The notes under the pieces: model-generated
The model's input: the letters and a program-made list of their open reading frames with translations, nothing else
Database searches by the model: none
Told to the model about the DNA's origin: nothing
Shown here: piece by piece, positions 11,357 to 22,150 of the stretch
Layout: every line of letters starts with the position of its first letter
How positions within the stretch are numbered: the first letter of the stretch is position 1
Position numbers and translations under genes: made by a program
Assembly (NCBI GenBank): GCA_964543105.1
Contig: CAZIXV010000001.1
Location: forward strand, 1 to 42,442
Reading direction: 5' to 3'
DNA from: an uncultured Steroidobacteraceae bacterium
Lineage (GTDB): Bacteria; Pseudomonadota; Gammaproteobacteria; Steroidobacterales; Steroidobacteraceae
Length of the DNA stretch: 42,442 nucleotides

Positions 11357-12241
11357 ATGGCTGCTGCGCCGTTTCCAGTTTGCTACTTGAACGGCGCGTT
11401 CATGCCGCTCGATCAAGCGCGGATTTCGCCGCTCGATCGCGGCTTTCTATTTGCAGACAGCGTGTACGAAGTGCTGCCCGCCTTCGACGGGCGAATGTTT
11501 CGCTTTCAAGAGCATTTCGACCGTCTTGCGCGCGGCTTGGCTGAAATTCGTATTGCCGCGCCGTTGACGCATGCGCAATGGCACGACGTGCTCGTTGAGT
11601 TGATTCGCCGCAATGGCAACACGAACATGTATCTGTATGCGCAAGTCAGCCGCGGTATGGAATTCGGTCGCGATCACACCTTCCCTGCGCAAGTCGTACC
11701 GACAGTGTTCGCAATGGCTTGTCCTCTGCCCACACTCTCCAGTGAAGTGCGTGAACACGGTCTTGCGGCCATCACCGTCGAGGATTTCCGCTGGGGCCGC
11801 TGCGATCTGAAGACCACCATGCTGCTGGCCAATGTGCTGATGAAGCAGCAGGCGAAAGCTGCCGGCGCCCAGGAAGCGCTCATCGTGCGCGAAGGCGAGT
11901 TACTGGAAGGCGCATCGACGAGCGTCTTCCTCGTGCTCGATGGCGTGATCGTCACGCCGCCCAACAGCGCACGCATTTTGCCGGGCACGACGCGTGATGC
12001 CGCGCTCGAGATCATCGACACACGGTTCCCGGTGCAGGTGCGCCGCATCAGCGTCGATGAATTACAGCGCGCCGAGGAAGTCTGGATTTCAGCGGCGACG
12101 CGCGATGTCCTGCCGATCACTCGGATTGACGGCCGGCCGGTGGGCAGTGGCAAGCCCGGTGAGCGCTGGCGTGAGGTGAGCGCGGGATTCGTTGCGATGC
12201 GCGAACGCCTTGCGAACAGCCCCGCCTATCCCGGGCCTTGA
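11357..12241 (+). CDS. dat: D-amino acid aminotransferase (class IV PLP enzyme)
   Basis: DRGFLFADSVYEV, RWGRCDLK, EGASTS, ILPGTTR; located between dac and ybeD. Confidence 0.85.
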   Translation: MAAAPFPVCYLNGAFMPLDQARISPLDRGFLFADSVYEVLPAFDGRMFRFQEHFDRLARGLAEIRIAAPLTHAQWHDVLVELIRRNGNTNMYLYAQVSRGMEFGRDHTFPAQVVPTVFAMACPLPTLSSEVREHGLAAITVEDFRWGRCDLKTTMLLANVLMKQQAKAAGAQEALIVREGELLEGASTSVFLVLDGVIVTPPNSARILPGTTRDAALEIIDTRFPVQVRRISVDELQRAEEVWISAATRDVLPITRIDGRPVGSGKPGERWREVSAGFVAMRERLANSPAYPGP

Positions 12242-12271
12242 AAGCCTCGCATCAACCATCATAGACGACGA

Positions 12272-12532
12272 ATGTCTGACACCCTCTTCCAATTCCCCTG
12301 CGACTTCCCGCTCAAAGTGATGGGCCGGCGTACCGATGACTTTCGCAGCCTGGTCGTAGGCATCGTGCAAAAACACGTCGGCGCCGTCGATCCTGCGAAC
12401 ATCGAGGAGCGACCCAGCAAAGACGGCAACTACTTGAGCCTCACGTGTACGTTCGTGGCGCAAAGCAAGGATCAGCTGGATGCGCTGTATCGCGAACTCA
12501 CTTCCTGTGAGCGGGTGCTCGTGGTGTTGTGA
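12272..12532 (+). CDS. ybeD: DUF493/YbeD family protein
   Basis: FPCDFPLKVMG, RPSKDGNYLSLT, LYRELT. Confidence 0.92.
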   Translation: MSDTLFQFPCDFPLKVMGRRTDDFRSLVVGIVQKHVGAVDPANIEERPSKDGNYLSLTCTFVAQSKDQLDALYRELTSCERVLVVL

Positions 12533-12541
12533 CGCAGATTG

Positions 12542-12638
12542 AGGTGATCTAGTGATTAGGTGATCTAGTGATCGAGGCCAGAAGAGAGTCATCTCTGTTC
12601 TGACCTGATCACCTAATCACCTGATCACCCGATCACCT
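12542..12638. repeat. Inverted octamer arrays forming a 97-nt hairpin between convergent genes; possible bidirectional terminator
   Basis: aggtgatc tagtgatt aggtgatc tagtgatc ... gatcacct aatcacct gatcaccc gatcacct, with inner stem AGGCCAGAA/TTCTGACCT. Confidence 0.9.
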
Positions 12639-12647
12639 TGTCTTCAT

Positions 12648-13631
12648 TCAGTCTTCCACCACCCGAATCACCATCTTCCCGGTGACCTGACGGTTGTTCA
12701 GCATATCCAGGGCTTCGGTGAATTTCTCAAGTCCCACCTTCTCGGTGACGTGGGGTTTGATCTTGCCCTCTTCGAAGAGCTTGAACAGGTCCGTCACGTT
12801 CTGCGCATGCACGGCAGGTTCGCGGCGCGCGTGCGCGCCCCAAAAGACGCCGACCAATGAACAGCCCTTGAGCAACGGCAGATTCAGCGGGATGGCTGGA
12901 ATCTTGCCGCCTGCGAAACCGATGACCAGGAAGCGTCCGTTCCAGCCCATGCTGCGAACGACCTGTTCAGCGTAGTCAGCACCCACCGGATCGTACGCCA
13001 CGTCGATACCGCGATCGCCGGTGAACTCCATGACCTTCGCTTTGATATTTTCGGTCGTGTAATTGAACACGGCATCTGCACCGTGTTGCTTCGCCAACGC
13101 GAGCTTGGCGTCGGTGCTCGCCGCCGCCAACACCTTCGCACCAAGCGCCTTGCCGATCTCGATGGCCGCCAAGCCAACGCCGCCCGCAGCGCCGAGCACG
13201 AGCATCGTCTCGCCCGGTTGAATGTTCGCGCGCTGAACCAGCGCGTGATATGTCGTGCCGTAATTGACGAGAAAGCCCGCTGCCGCCGACATGCTCATCG
13301 AGTCAGGCAGCGCAATGAGCGTCGCCGCATTGACGATGCATTCTTCCGCGAGCCCACCTTGTCCGGCGCTCGCCAACACACGCGATCCGATCTTGACGTC
13401 GGTGACATCGCTGGCAACTTCTGTCACGACACCTGCGACTTCGCTGCCTGGAGTAAAGGGGATTTCAGGCTTCACTTGATACTTACCCGCGACCATCAAC
13501 GCGTCGGGGAAGCCGAAGCCGACGGCATGCACGCGTAGCCGAACGTGTCCCGGCTTCAATTGCGGTGACGCAACGTCTTCCACAGCCAGTTGTGAAGGAG
13601 GTCCATAGCTTCGAAGCACCACTGCGCGCAT
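12648..13631 (-). CDS. NADPH:quinone oxidoreductase family protein (zeta-crystallin/MDR)
   Basis: GKYQVKP-PFTPGSEVAG, VLGAAGGVG, IGFAGG, LNLPLLKG-VGVFWG. Confidence 0.9.
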   Translation of the reverse strand: MRAVVLRSYGPPSQLAVEDVASPQLKPGHVRLRVHAVGFGFPDALMVAGKYQVKPEIPFTPGSEVAGVVTEVASDVTDVKIGSRVLASAGQGGLAEECIVNAATLIALPDSMSMSAAAGFLVNYGTTYHALVQRANIQPGETMLVLGAAGGVGLAAIEIGKALGAKVLAAASTDAKLALAKQHGADAVFNYTTENIKAKVMEFTGDRGIDVAYDPVGADYAEQVVRSMGWNGRFLVIGFAGGKIPAIPLNLPLLKGCSLVGVFWGAHARREPAVHAQNVTDLFKLFEEGKIKPHVTEKVGLEKFTEALDMLNNRQVTGKMVIRVVED

Positions 13632-13669
13632 ATTGATTCCACTCCAAGTGAAAGCTTGACGATCGACTG

Positions 13670-14320
13670 TCAGACCCAGACGGCATCCGGCAAATTCAGC
13701 GCTCGCAGCAGATGCGGCGCTAACTCTTGCGCGACATTCGCAAGTGAGTCGGCAACGCCGAGCGTTCGCAAGTCAACGACTTGCAAACCGGCAAATCCGC
13801 AGGGATTGATGCGCTGAAACGGCGCCAGGTCCATTGCAATATTGAATGCGAGGCCATGATAACTGCAGCCTCGGCGAATCCGTAACCCGATACTCGCCAG
13901 CTTTCGTCCAGCCACATAAATGCCCGGCGCATCGCGACGCCCCATCGCATTGACACCGCGCGCTCTGCAGAACTCGATGACTGCGTTCTCCAATGCGACG
14001 ACGAGTTCTCGCACACCCAATCCCGCGCGTCGAACATCGAGCAACGGATAAATCACGAGCTGACCTGGACCGTGATAGGTCACTTGTCCGCCACGATCGA
14101 TTGGCACGACAGGAATGTCACCCGGCGCAAGCACATGCTCGGGCTTCCCATTCATCCCGAGCGTAAAGACCGGCGGATGCTCCAGAAACCAGATTTGGTC
14201 GGGCGTATCCGGCCTGCGCTCTTCCGTGAAGCGCTGCATCGATCGCCAGGTCGGCTCGTAATCGACGGTGCCGAGCCAATGAAGCGTCGGAGTAGCGGTA
14301 AAGACGGTGGAATTAGACAT
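13670..14320 (-). CDS. lipB: Lipoyl(octanoyl) transferase
   Basis: EHPPVFTLG, DRGGQVTYHGPGQ, KLASIG, HGLAFN, INPCG. Confidence 0.96.
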   Translation of the reverse strand: MSNSTVFTATPTLHWLGTVDYEPTWRSMQRFTEERRPDTPDQIWFLEHPPVFTLGMNGKPEHVLAPGDIPVVPIDRGGQVTYHGPGQLVIYPLLDVRRAGLGVRELVVALENAVIEFCRARGVNAMGRRDAPGIYVAGRKLASIGLRIRRGCSYHGLAFNIAMDLAPFQRINPCGFAGLQVVDLRTLGVADSLANVAQELAPHLLRALNLPDAVWV

Positions 14321-14361
14321 GGAACTGGAAAAAGTGACCTGAAATTCGGCGCTCTTGCCGT

Positions 14362-14393
14362 GATCACTAGATCACCTGATCACCTGATCACCT
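14362..14393. repeat. Octamer tandem array (GATCACCT)x4 between lipA and lipB
   Basis: gatcacta gatcacct gatcacct gatcacct; same unit as the 12542-12638 element. Confidence 0.9.
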
Positions 14394-14404
14394 TCTGGTG
14401 CCGC

Positions 14405-15415
14405 TCACCGCATCGTCAATCCAGCATTGTTGCGCTCGAGCGCGCGTTCAGCTCGATAGCTCGAGCGCACGAGCGGGCCCGACACGCATTCCAGGAATCC
14501 CTTCGCCAGTGCCCATTCGCGATAGCGTTCGAATTCTTCCGGCTGCACCCAGCGCTCGATCGGCAGATGATGCAAGGTCGGGCGCAAATACTGACCTAGC
14601 GTGAGAATGTCGACACCTGCAGCGCGGATGTCATCCATCGCTTCATTGATTTCCGTATCGCTCTCGCCAAGCCCGAGCATCAAACTCGTCTTCGTCAACA
14701 CCTCAGAACGGAATTGCTTAGCGTGTTTCAGCACGGTGAGCGTCTGCTCGTAACTGGCGCGGGGATCGCGCACCGGATGCGTCAATCGACGCACCGTCTC
14801 AACGTTCTGTGCGAAGACCTCGAGACCACTTGCGACGACGGTTTCCACATCAGCGAGCACGCCCTGAAAGTCTGGCGTCAATGCTTCAACGGCCGTTTGC
14901 GGACTCAACCGCTTGATCTCGCGCACACAGGCGGCGAAATGCGCCGCGCCGCCATCGTCGAGATCGTCACGATTCACTGAAGTCAGCACCACGTATTTGA
15001 GCTTCATCAGCTGCACGGTGCGTGCGCTGTTCGCAGGTTCTTCCGCATCGAGCCAGCCGTGCGGATTGCCTGTATCGACGGAACAGAAGCGGCAGGCGCG
15101 CGTGCACACGGCTCCCATCAACATGAGCGTGGCGGTGCCCGCATTCCAGCACTCACCGATGTTCGGACACTTGGCCTCTTCGCACACCGTTGCTAAGCGG
15201 TGCTCCTTCACGACCGCTTTCACCGCATCAAAGCCCTGTCCGGCAGGCATCGGTGCACGTAACCACTGCGGCTTACGGCCGGCGACGAAGGGCGCGGATC
15301 GCGCTGTGGCCTTGATGCCGTCTTTGATGGCGGCAAAGCCTTGAGGCGTGCGGTATTTGTCGCCACTGCGTAGCGGCTGAGTCGGAACGATGGGAATGCC
15401 TTTGAATTGACTCAC
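14405..15415 (-). CDS. lipA: Lipoyl synthase
   Basis: [12 protein letters not shown], radical-SAM [18 protein letters not shown]. Confidence 0.97.
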   Translation of the reverse strand: MSQFKGIPIVPTQPLRSGDKYRTPQGFAAIKDGIKATARSAPFVAGRKPQWLRAPMPAGQGFDAVKAVVKEHRLATVCEEAKCPNIGECWNAGTATLMLMGAVCTRACRFCSVDTGNPHGWLDAEEPANSARTVQLMKLKYVVLTSVNRDDLDDGGAAHFAACVREIKRLSPQTAVEALTPDFQGVLADVETVVASGLEVFAQNVETVRRLTHPVRDPRASYEQTLTVLKHAKQFRSEVLTKTSLMLGLGESDTEINEAMDDIRAAGVDILTLGQYLRPTLHHLPIERWVQPEEFERYREWALAKGFLECVSGPLVRSSYRAERALERNNAGLTMR

Positions 15416-15502
15416 GACGTGCTGGGGTGCTCGAGGGGGGCCTCATTGTAGCGCGCCGCACTCGAATCGCGACGACGCCGCCGGATAGGCGAGTGTAAAA
15501 CG

Positions 15503-15530
15503 AAAAAAGCCCGGCAAAGCCGGGCTTTTT
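15503..15530. terminator. Intrinsic terminator (bidirectional geometry) after the TPR gene
   Basis: AAAAAA-GCCCGGC-AAA-GCCGGGC-TTTTT. Confidence 0.9.
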
Positions 15531-15554
15531 GTTGCACGTGTGCAGTGCTGGCGG

Positions 15555-16841
15555 TTAGGAAGAAGCGGCTGCCGTCGCGGTCTTCGAAACGCCCGGTGAT
15601 TGCGCATAAATCGCCCACAATTCGGCCAAATCGGCCCAGCGCGAATCAGAGGCCACGCTTTGGAACGCTTGGCGCGCTTGGTCTTTCTGACCCTTCTGGA
15701 GATATGCAATCCCTAACGTGATCTGCGCTTCGTCGGCATCGCTCACGCCGCCCTTCTTCAAGCCGCGCTGCACGGCGGCGATCGCCTGGTCATAGCGGCC
15801 GTAGCTCAGGTACGCCTCGCCCATACCGACGTCGCGCTGACCTTGAGTCGCCTTTTCCGCTTCTTTTGCTTGCTGATCGAGCGACGCGCGATCGGCATCG
15901 GCCTGCTTCTTGGCTGCGGCAAGAAGACGATCGACGCGACCTTGCTCAGCCTTGTCGTCGCTCTTGAGAACACCTGCTTCAATGCCCTCTTCAACGACCT
16001 CCTGCGATTCGCCAGGCACGCCCATCTCGATACCGAGCTGCGCCATCTCCATGTAATCCGCTTTGTCCTTCAACACGCCCACTTCTTTCATGAGGCGATA
16101 GAAGCCAAAGGTGACACGCTCGCTGTTGCTCTTGCGACGATAGGAATCGACGAGGTTCTCCCAGTAATTCTCTTTCGGGTAGTAGCGCACGATGCGCTTC
16201 AATGAATTCTCGATACCTGCGCGGTCGTCCATCTTGGCGTACGAGCTCAAGATGATCTGATAGTAATTTTCCTTCGGCGTCTGCCCAGCTTTCTCGAGTT
16301 GATCGACCACGCGCGTCATCGTCTCCGCAGCATTCTTGTGTTGGTCGAGCAAGTACTGTGCTTGGCCGAGCAATACACCCATGTCCTCGTTGAAGCCATT
16401 GGCGTCGATCCACTTCTGCGCCCATTCGGCCGCTTTGGCGTACTGCTTCTCTTGGAAATAGATTTGCGCGACGGCTTTGGTGCGTTGCTCCACCTGGTCT
16501 TCCGGCATCAAGCCCGAAGCAATCATGCGCTCGTAAACGCCAGCAGCGTCGGCGTACTTTTTCTGCTGGATCAGCACGTAGCCGAGGAATTCATCGATCT
16601 GGTATTCCTCATGCGGCTCCTTCTTTTCGACGTCTTGCGCGTTCTTGATTTCAGCAAGCGCGGTGTCGAAATCCTGCTCTGCCATCGCCTTTTGTGCCTT
16701 CTGCAGCGGTGCAGCAACGGCGCGGCTCAGTTTCGGGGCAGATTCAGCCGCCTGGACGGTTTCAGGCACGAACACAGACGAAGCCGCAACGGTCCCGACT
16801 GCAAGGCTGATTGCAATAGCGATGCTCTTGAAGCGAGTCAT
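15555..16841 (-). CDS. Exported tetratricopeptide-repeat protein linked to the Ton operon
   Basis: Signal peptide ending VQA-A; repeated helical TPR-like motifs (LGQAQYLL, MGEAYLSYG, LGIAYLQKG). Confidence 0.8.
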   Translation of the reverse strand: MTRFKSIAIAISLAVGTVAASSVFVPETVQAAESAPKLSRAVAAPLQKAQKAMAEQDFDTALAEIKNAQDVEKKEPHEEYQIDEFLGYVLIQQKKYADAAGVYERMIASGLMPEDQVEQRTKAVAQIYFQEKQYAKAAEWAQKWIDANGFNEDMGVLLGQAQYLLDQHKNAAETMTRVVDQLEKAGQTPKENYYQIILSSYAKMDDRAGIENSLKRIVRYYPKENYWENLVDSYRRKSNSERVTFGFYRLMKEVGVLKDKADYMEMAQLGIEMGVPGESQEVVEEGIEAGVLKSDDKAEQGRVDRLLAAAKKQADADRASLDQQAKEAEKATQGQRDVGMGEAYLSYGRYDQAIAAVQRGLKKGGVSDADEAQITLGIAYLQKGQKDQARQAFQSVASDSRWADLAELWAIYAQSPGVSKTATAAASS

Positions 16842-16884
16842 ATACCTTTCTCGATGTGCAATCGTCCGAGTTGGACAGAGTATG

Positions 16885-16919
16885 AAACAAACGACGGGGC
16901 GATTAGTTCACCCCGTCGT
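16885..16919 (-). terminator. Hairpin or weak terminator between exbD and the TPR gene
   Basis: ACGACGGGG-N11-CCCCGTCGT followed on the minus strand by TTGTTT. Confidence 0.5.
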
Positions 16920-16958
16920 AGTTGATGCCCTACGGCCCCAAGGAGAGGGGCCGGGGGT

Positions 16959-17384
16959 TCAATCCATGAATTGCTCGTTGCCGACGAAACCGATGCGCTG
17001 CATTCCGTTGCGCTGCGCCATCGCCAACACCTTCGCGACCGTGTCGTAGTCTGCACGTCGATCGGGACGAACATGCAGTTCAGGTTGCGGGTTCTTGCCC
17101 GCTTCAGCACGGAAGTAATTTTCGAGCTGGGTCAATTGGACGAGCGAGCCGTTCCAAATGATCGAGCCGTCCCAGTCGATATCCAAACGAATCGGCTCGA
17201 TGATTTCATCGGGCGGAATCGAGTTCGCTGAGGGACGCGGCATATCCAGCTTTACCGCATGCGACATTACGGGAAGCGTGATGATGAACATGATCAACAA
17301 CACCAACATCACGTCGATGAGTGGTGTTGTATTGATCTCCATCATCGGCTCGCCTTCGCCGCCGCCGCCTACACTCATTGCCAT
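16959..17384 (-). CDS. exbD: Biopolymer transport protein ExbD (second copy)
   Basis: EINTTPLIDVMLVLLIMFIIT, PELHVRPD, RIGFV. Confidence 0.92.
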   Translation of the reverse strand: MAMSVGGGGEGEPMMEINTTPLIDVMLVLLIMFIITLPVMSHAVKLDMPRPSANSIPPDEIIEPIRLDIDWDGSIIWNGSLVQLTQLENYFRAEAGKNPQPELHVRPDRRADYDTVAKVLAMAQRNGMQRIGFVGNEQFMD

Positions 17385-17415
17385 GGTGAATACCTCTTAT
17401 CGAATGGCGGCCGGA

Positions 17416-17856
17416 TTATTGGGACGTGCCCTGCGGCAAGGTAATGAACCCGACCTTCATGATGCCCTTACGCTGGGCACTCACGATGACACGACCGACA
17501 TTCTCGTAGCGTGCCTGCTGGTCAGCACGGATGTGCACCTCGGGTTGAGGCTGCATCACTGCAACCTCTCCCAGACGATTCAGCAGATCATCGTTGCCCT
17601 GCACCAAGACTTGGTTCCAGAACACCTGACCTTCCTTGTTGACGGAAATGTTGATGTTCTCGGGCTTCGTCTTGGTAGCTTCGTTGCTGACCTCAGGCAA
17701 GTCGACCGGCACCGTTTGTGTGATCACCGGAACGGTGATCATGAACACGATCAGGAGCACCAACATGACGTCGACGAGCGGCGTCGTGTTGATGTCTGAC
17801 ATGGACCGTTCATCGACCTCATCGGTCATGTTCAGTTCGAGGAAACTGCTGCTCAT
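17416..17856 (-). CDS. exbD: Biopolymer transport protein ExbD (first copy)
   Basis: DINTTPLVDVMLVLLIVFMIT, PEVHIRAD, KVGFIT. Confidence 0.92.
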   Translation of the reverse strand: MSSSFLELNMTDEVDERSMSDINTTPLVDVMLVLLIVFMITVPVITQTVPVDLPEVSNEATKTKPENINISVNKEGQVFWNQVLVQGNDDLLNRLGEVAVMQPQPEVHIRADQQARYENVGRVIVSAQRKGIMKVGFITLPQGTSQ

Positions 17857-17886
17857 CCTGTAACTCCAGGCTGGCGTGAATGGAGA

Positions 17887-18648
17887 TTACTTGCGAGCCG
17901 CAGCAGTTGCTGCAGTTCCTGATGCACCAGCGGCGGTCGGACGTGGCGTTGCAGGCGTACCACTGTCGATGCGCGCGCCGCTCACGAGATACGAATGCAG
18001 GTCGGCGCTGAAGTACTTCATCTTGTCGCTGATGTCCTTGTTACGACGCAGCAGCCAGTTGTAGCCCATGACCGCAGGCACCGCGACGAACAGACCGAGC
18101 GCGGTCATGATCAACGCTTCACCGATCGGACCTGCAATCTTGTCGAGCGAGGCTTGACCGGCCATGGAGATCGAGATCAGCGCGTTGTAGATGCCCCACA
18201 CCGTACCGAACAGACCAACGAAAGGTGCGGTGGAGCCCACGGTCGCGAGAATCGACAAGCCACCCGTCAAACGGCTGTTGACGCTGTCTGCCGAGCGGTA
18301 GAGCGAGATCGTGATCCACTCATGCAGCGGGATCTGATCCGTCATACGGCCTTCATGATGTTGCGCTGCCTTCATGCCGTCTTCGACGAGCATCTTGAAG
18401 ACATTGTCGTTGCCCTTGAGCTTCGCCGCGCCTTCACGAAGGTTGCCAGCGGTCCAAAAGCCTTTTTCGACGTCCTTGTATGCGTTGCGAATGCGGCGCT
18501 GATCCCAAAGCTTCGTGAAAATCACGTACCACGACATGAGGGACATGACGATCAGCATGATCAGAGTACCCATACCGACTTCGTCCAACTGATTGACGAA
18601 GGCGTCCAGGCCAAATGGGTTCTCGACTGTTTCGGTGTTAGGGGCCAT
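17887..18648 (-). CDS. exbB: MotA/TolQ/ExbB proton channel protein
   Basis: LATVGSTAPFVGLFGTVWGI, IGEALIMTALGLFVAVPAV. Confidence 0.93.
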   Translation of the reverse strand: MAPNTETVENPFGLDAFVNQLDEVGMGTLIMLIVMSLMSWYVIFTKLWDQRRIRNAYKDVEKGFWTAGNLREGAAKLKGNDNVFKMLVEDGMKAAQHHEGRMTDQIPLHEWITISLYRSADSVNSRLTGGLSILATVGSTAPFVGLFGTVWGIYNALISISMAGQASLDKIAGPIGEALIMTALGLFVAVPAVMGYNWLLRRNKDISDKMKYFSADLHSYLVSGARIDSGTPATPRPTAAGASGTAATAAARK

Positions 18649-18718
18649 GAAAAGATTTCCTCTGCTGTTTAATCTGAGACTTAAGTCAGTCGTTCAAGTT
18701 TTAGAAACACCAACTACC

Positions 18719-19360
18719 CTAGTCCGTCAGTTTGAAGGTGACAGCGAACTGCCCCCACATCGCGACGGGTTTGCCGTTCTCGGTACCTGGCTCTAAACGC
18801 CACGACCGCTTCACTTCCCTCAATGCCGCTTCGTCCAACCTCGGGTAACCGCTCGAGGTCTTCACTCTCGCATCGCCGACCCTACCGTTTTCCAAAACGT
18901 AGATTTCCAAGACTACGGTGCCTGCTTCACCGGCGCGCCGCGACGAGGGCGGGTAATCCGGCTGACTCAGTGGGCGCCGCGGATTCGAACGTGGCGCAGT
19001 GCGTTTGACCGCGGGTGCAGGAGGTGCCGGTGGCGGTTGAGCGACAGGGCGCTCCTGAGTGGTGGTTCTGATTGCAGTCGGCGGTGGAGCCTCTGCTGGG
19101 ATTTCAATGGCGACGTCCGGTGGTGGGACGAAGGGAGGAGGCGTTTCGATTTTCGGCGGAGGGGGCGGTGGCGGTTCGTCGAGCTTGGGCGCCTCCTCGA
19201 TGATGCGAGTTTCGATCGGTCCAAGCACTGCATCGACGATGCGGTGTGACATACCGGAAGCCAATAGCCACGCCATGCCAATGTGGATCAAAACAATGAC
19301 GATGAATACGAGACCACGTCGTGTGAAAAACGAGCTATCTGTTGAAGGTGCGTAGGCCAT
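18719..19360 (-). CDS. tonB: Energy transducer TonB
   Basis: TM helix with His (VLIHIG), Pro-rich linker, C-terminal YPPSSRRAGEAG...SSGYPRLDEAA; start moved to ATG 19360. Confidence 0.92.
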   Translation of the reverse strand: MAYAPSTDSSFFTRRGLVFIVIVLIHIGMAWLLASGMSHRIVDAVLGPIETRIIEEAPKLDEPPPPPPPKIETPPPFVPPPDVAIEIPAEAPPPTAIRTTTQERPVAQPPPAPPAPAVKRTAPRSNPRRPLSQPDYPPSSRRAGEAGTVVLEIYVLENGRVGDARVKTSSGYPRLDEAALREVKRSWRLEPGTENGKPVAMWGQFAVTFKLTD

Positions 19361-19623
19361 GCTTTTTTGCCGCCCGAATTGTAAAGCGGGGTCTGAACTC
19401 AGCCCCGTATCGTTGAATGAATGCAACGACCGAACGGTGGTCGTTAACGTTCAGTATGCGCGCTGTCGCATACACCCCCGTTTCCCCTAGCTGCAGCAGC
19501 ATCGGCGGTGGCATCGACCGCTACGCAGTCCGCAGAAAACGCGCGCAAGGTATAAAGTTTCTGCTTGGAAGGCAAGCTTCCAGAATGACTTCCTTTACGC
19601 TGCAATTCGCTTGAAGAATACCT

Positions 19624-19666
19624 GTTATAGCGCGGGTCGAATCACTTTATCGACCTGCTCTATAAC
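19624..19666. promoter_or_regulatory. 17-bp imperfect inverted repeat in the long intergenic region upstream of tonB
   Basis: GTTATAGCGCGGGTCGA-N9-TCGACCTGCTCTATAAC, 15 of 17 pairs. Confidence 0.5.
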
Positions 19667-20329
19667 GATGCATGCCAACGGCGCACACCCCAAAATTGTT
19701 TCCGTCCTCTATGGCAACAGGTAGCGAAAATTAGTTCCCACGATCATTCGAATTGCATGCAATCAGGTCGAAATCAGGACGTCCGTTGCCAGCGCAGCAA
19801 CTCACACCAACGGTGTTGACCCACATTTCGATGTCAAAGCTGCACTTTCGGACTTCACCCTCATCCATGGGTCTCACTGTTAAATATGAGTAGCACCGAG
19901 CGCGGAATCATCTTGAGCCCGACGACGCAGTTGCTCCTTTCGCGAGATTTTTTCCACTGACAGACCTGTGCTGCCCTCGCAACAGCCCACTCAAACTTCG
20001 TTGGCGATAGGACCTGCTGGTGACGCTTGCGGCAGCGCAATCAGCGTTTCACAAGTCGTTGTGAAGACAACTTGGCTCGTCTGTTGAGTCACCAAGCCCG
20101 CATGGAATGGTTCGTGACGCTTCACTGAATCGCCGCGCGATGCCCCCGATGCGGTCGCCTGGGAAAGCGCGGCCATCTGAAACCAGCGCGGATCATGCCC
20201 CGGCGGGCTCTCTCGTGTAAATGCAAGCGCGTACTTGATGCCCTCGATGAGCGACCTCATCGCCCCTCTCATCCCACGATCCACCCATCTGCAAAAAGAA
20301 CGGCCGCCGAAACCCCTGAATAAGTCTCG

Positions 20330-22065
<1,736 letters not shown>

Positions 22066-22134
22066 GCAGCGCTCGCACTGAAAAAGAAAGTCCGACGAGC
22101 ATCGCAAATGAGCGATGCCAAATGAAGCTCGCTC

Positions 22135-22142
22135 ATTATAAT
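22135..22142. promoter_or_regulatory. Palindromic ATTATAAT: overlapping -10 boxes for divergent amgK and lptD
   Basis: TATAAT on + at 22137-22142 and on - at 22135-22140. Confidence 0.5.
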
Positions 22143-22150
22143 CGCCCGCG

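Noticed and set aside
19361-19990. Fur box or cobalamin riboswitch upstream of tonB
   Set aside because: No good match to GATAATGATAATCATTATC and no B12-box elements in the right order on the coding strand
19991-20284. 97-aa minus-strand ORF (MDRGMRG...DPRWFQMAAL...)
   Set aside because: No recognisable family and an uncertain start; could be a remnant, but cannot be supported without a search
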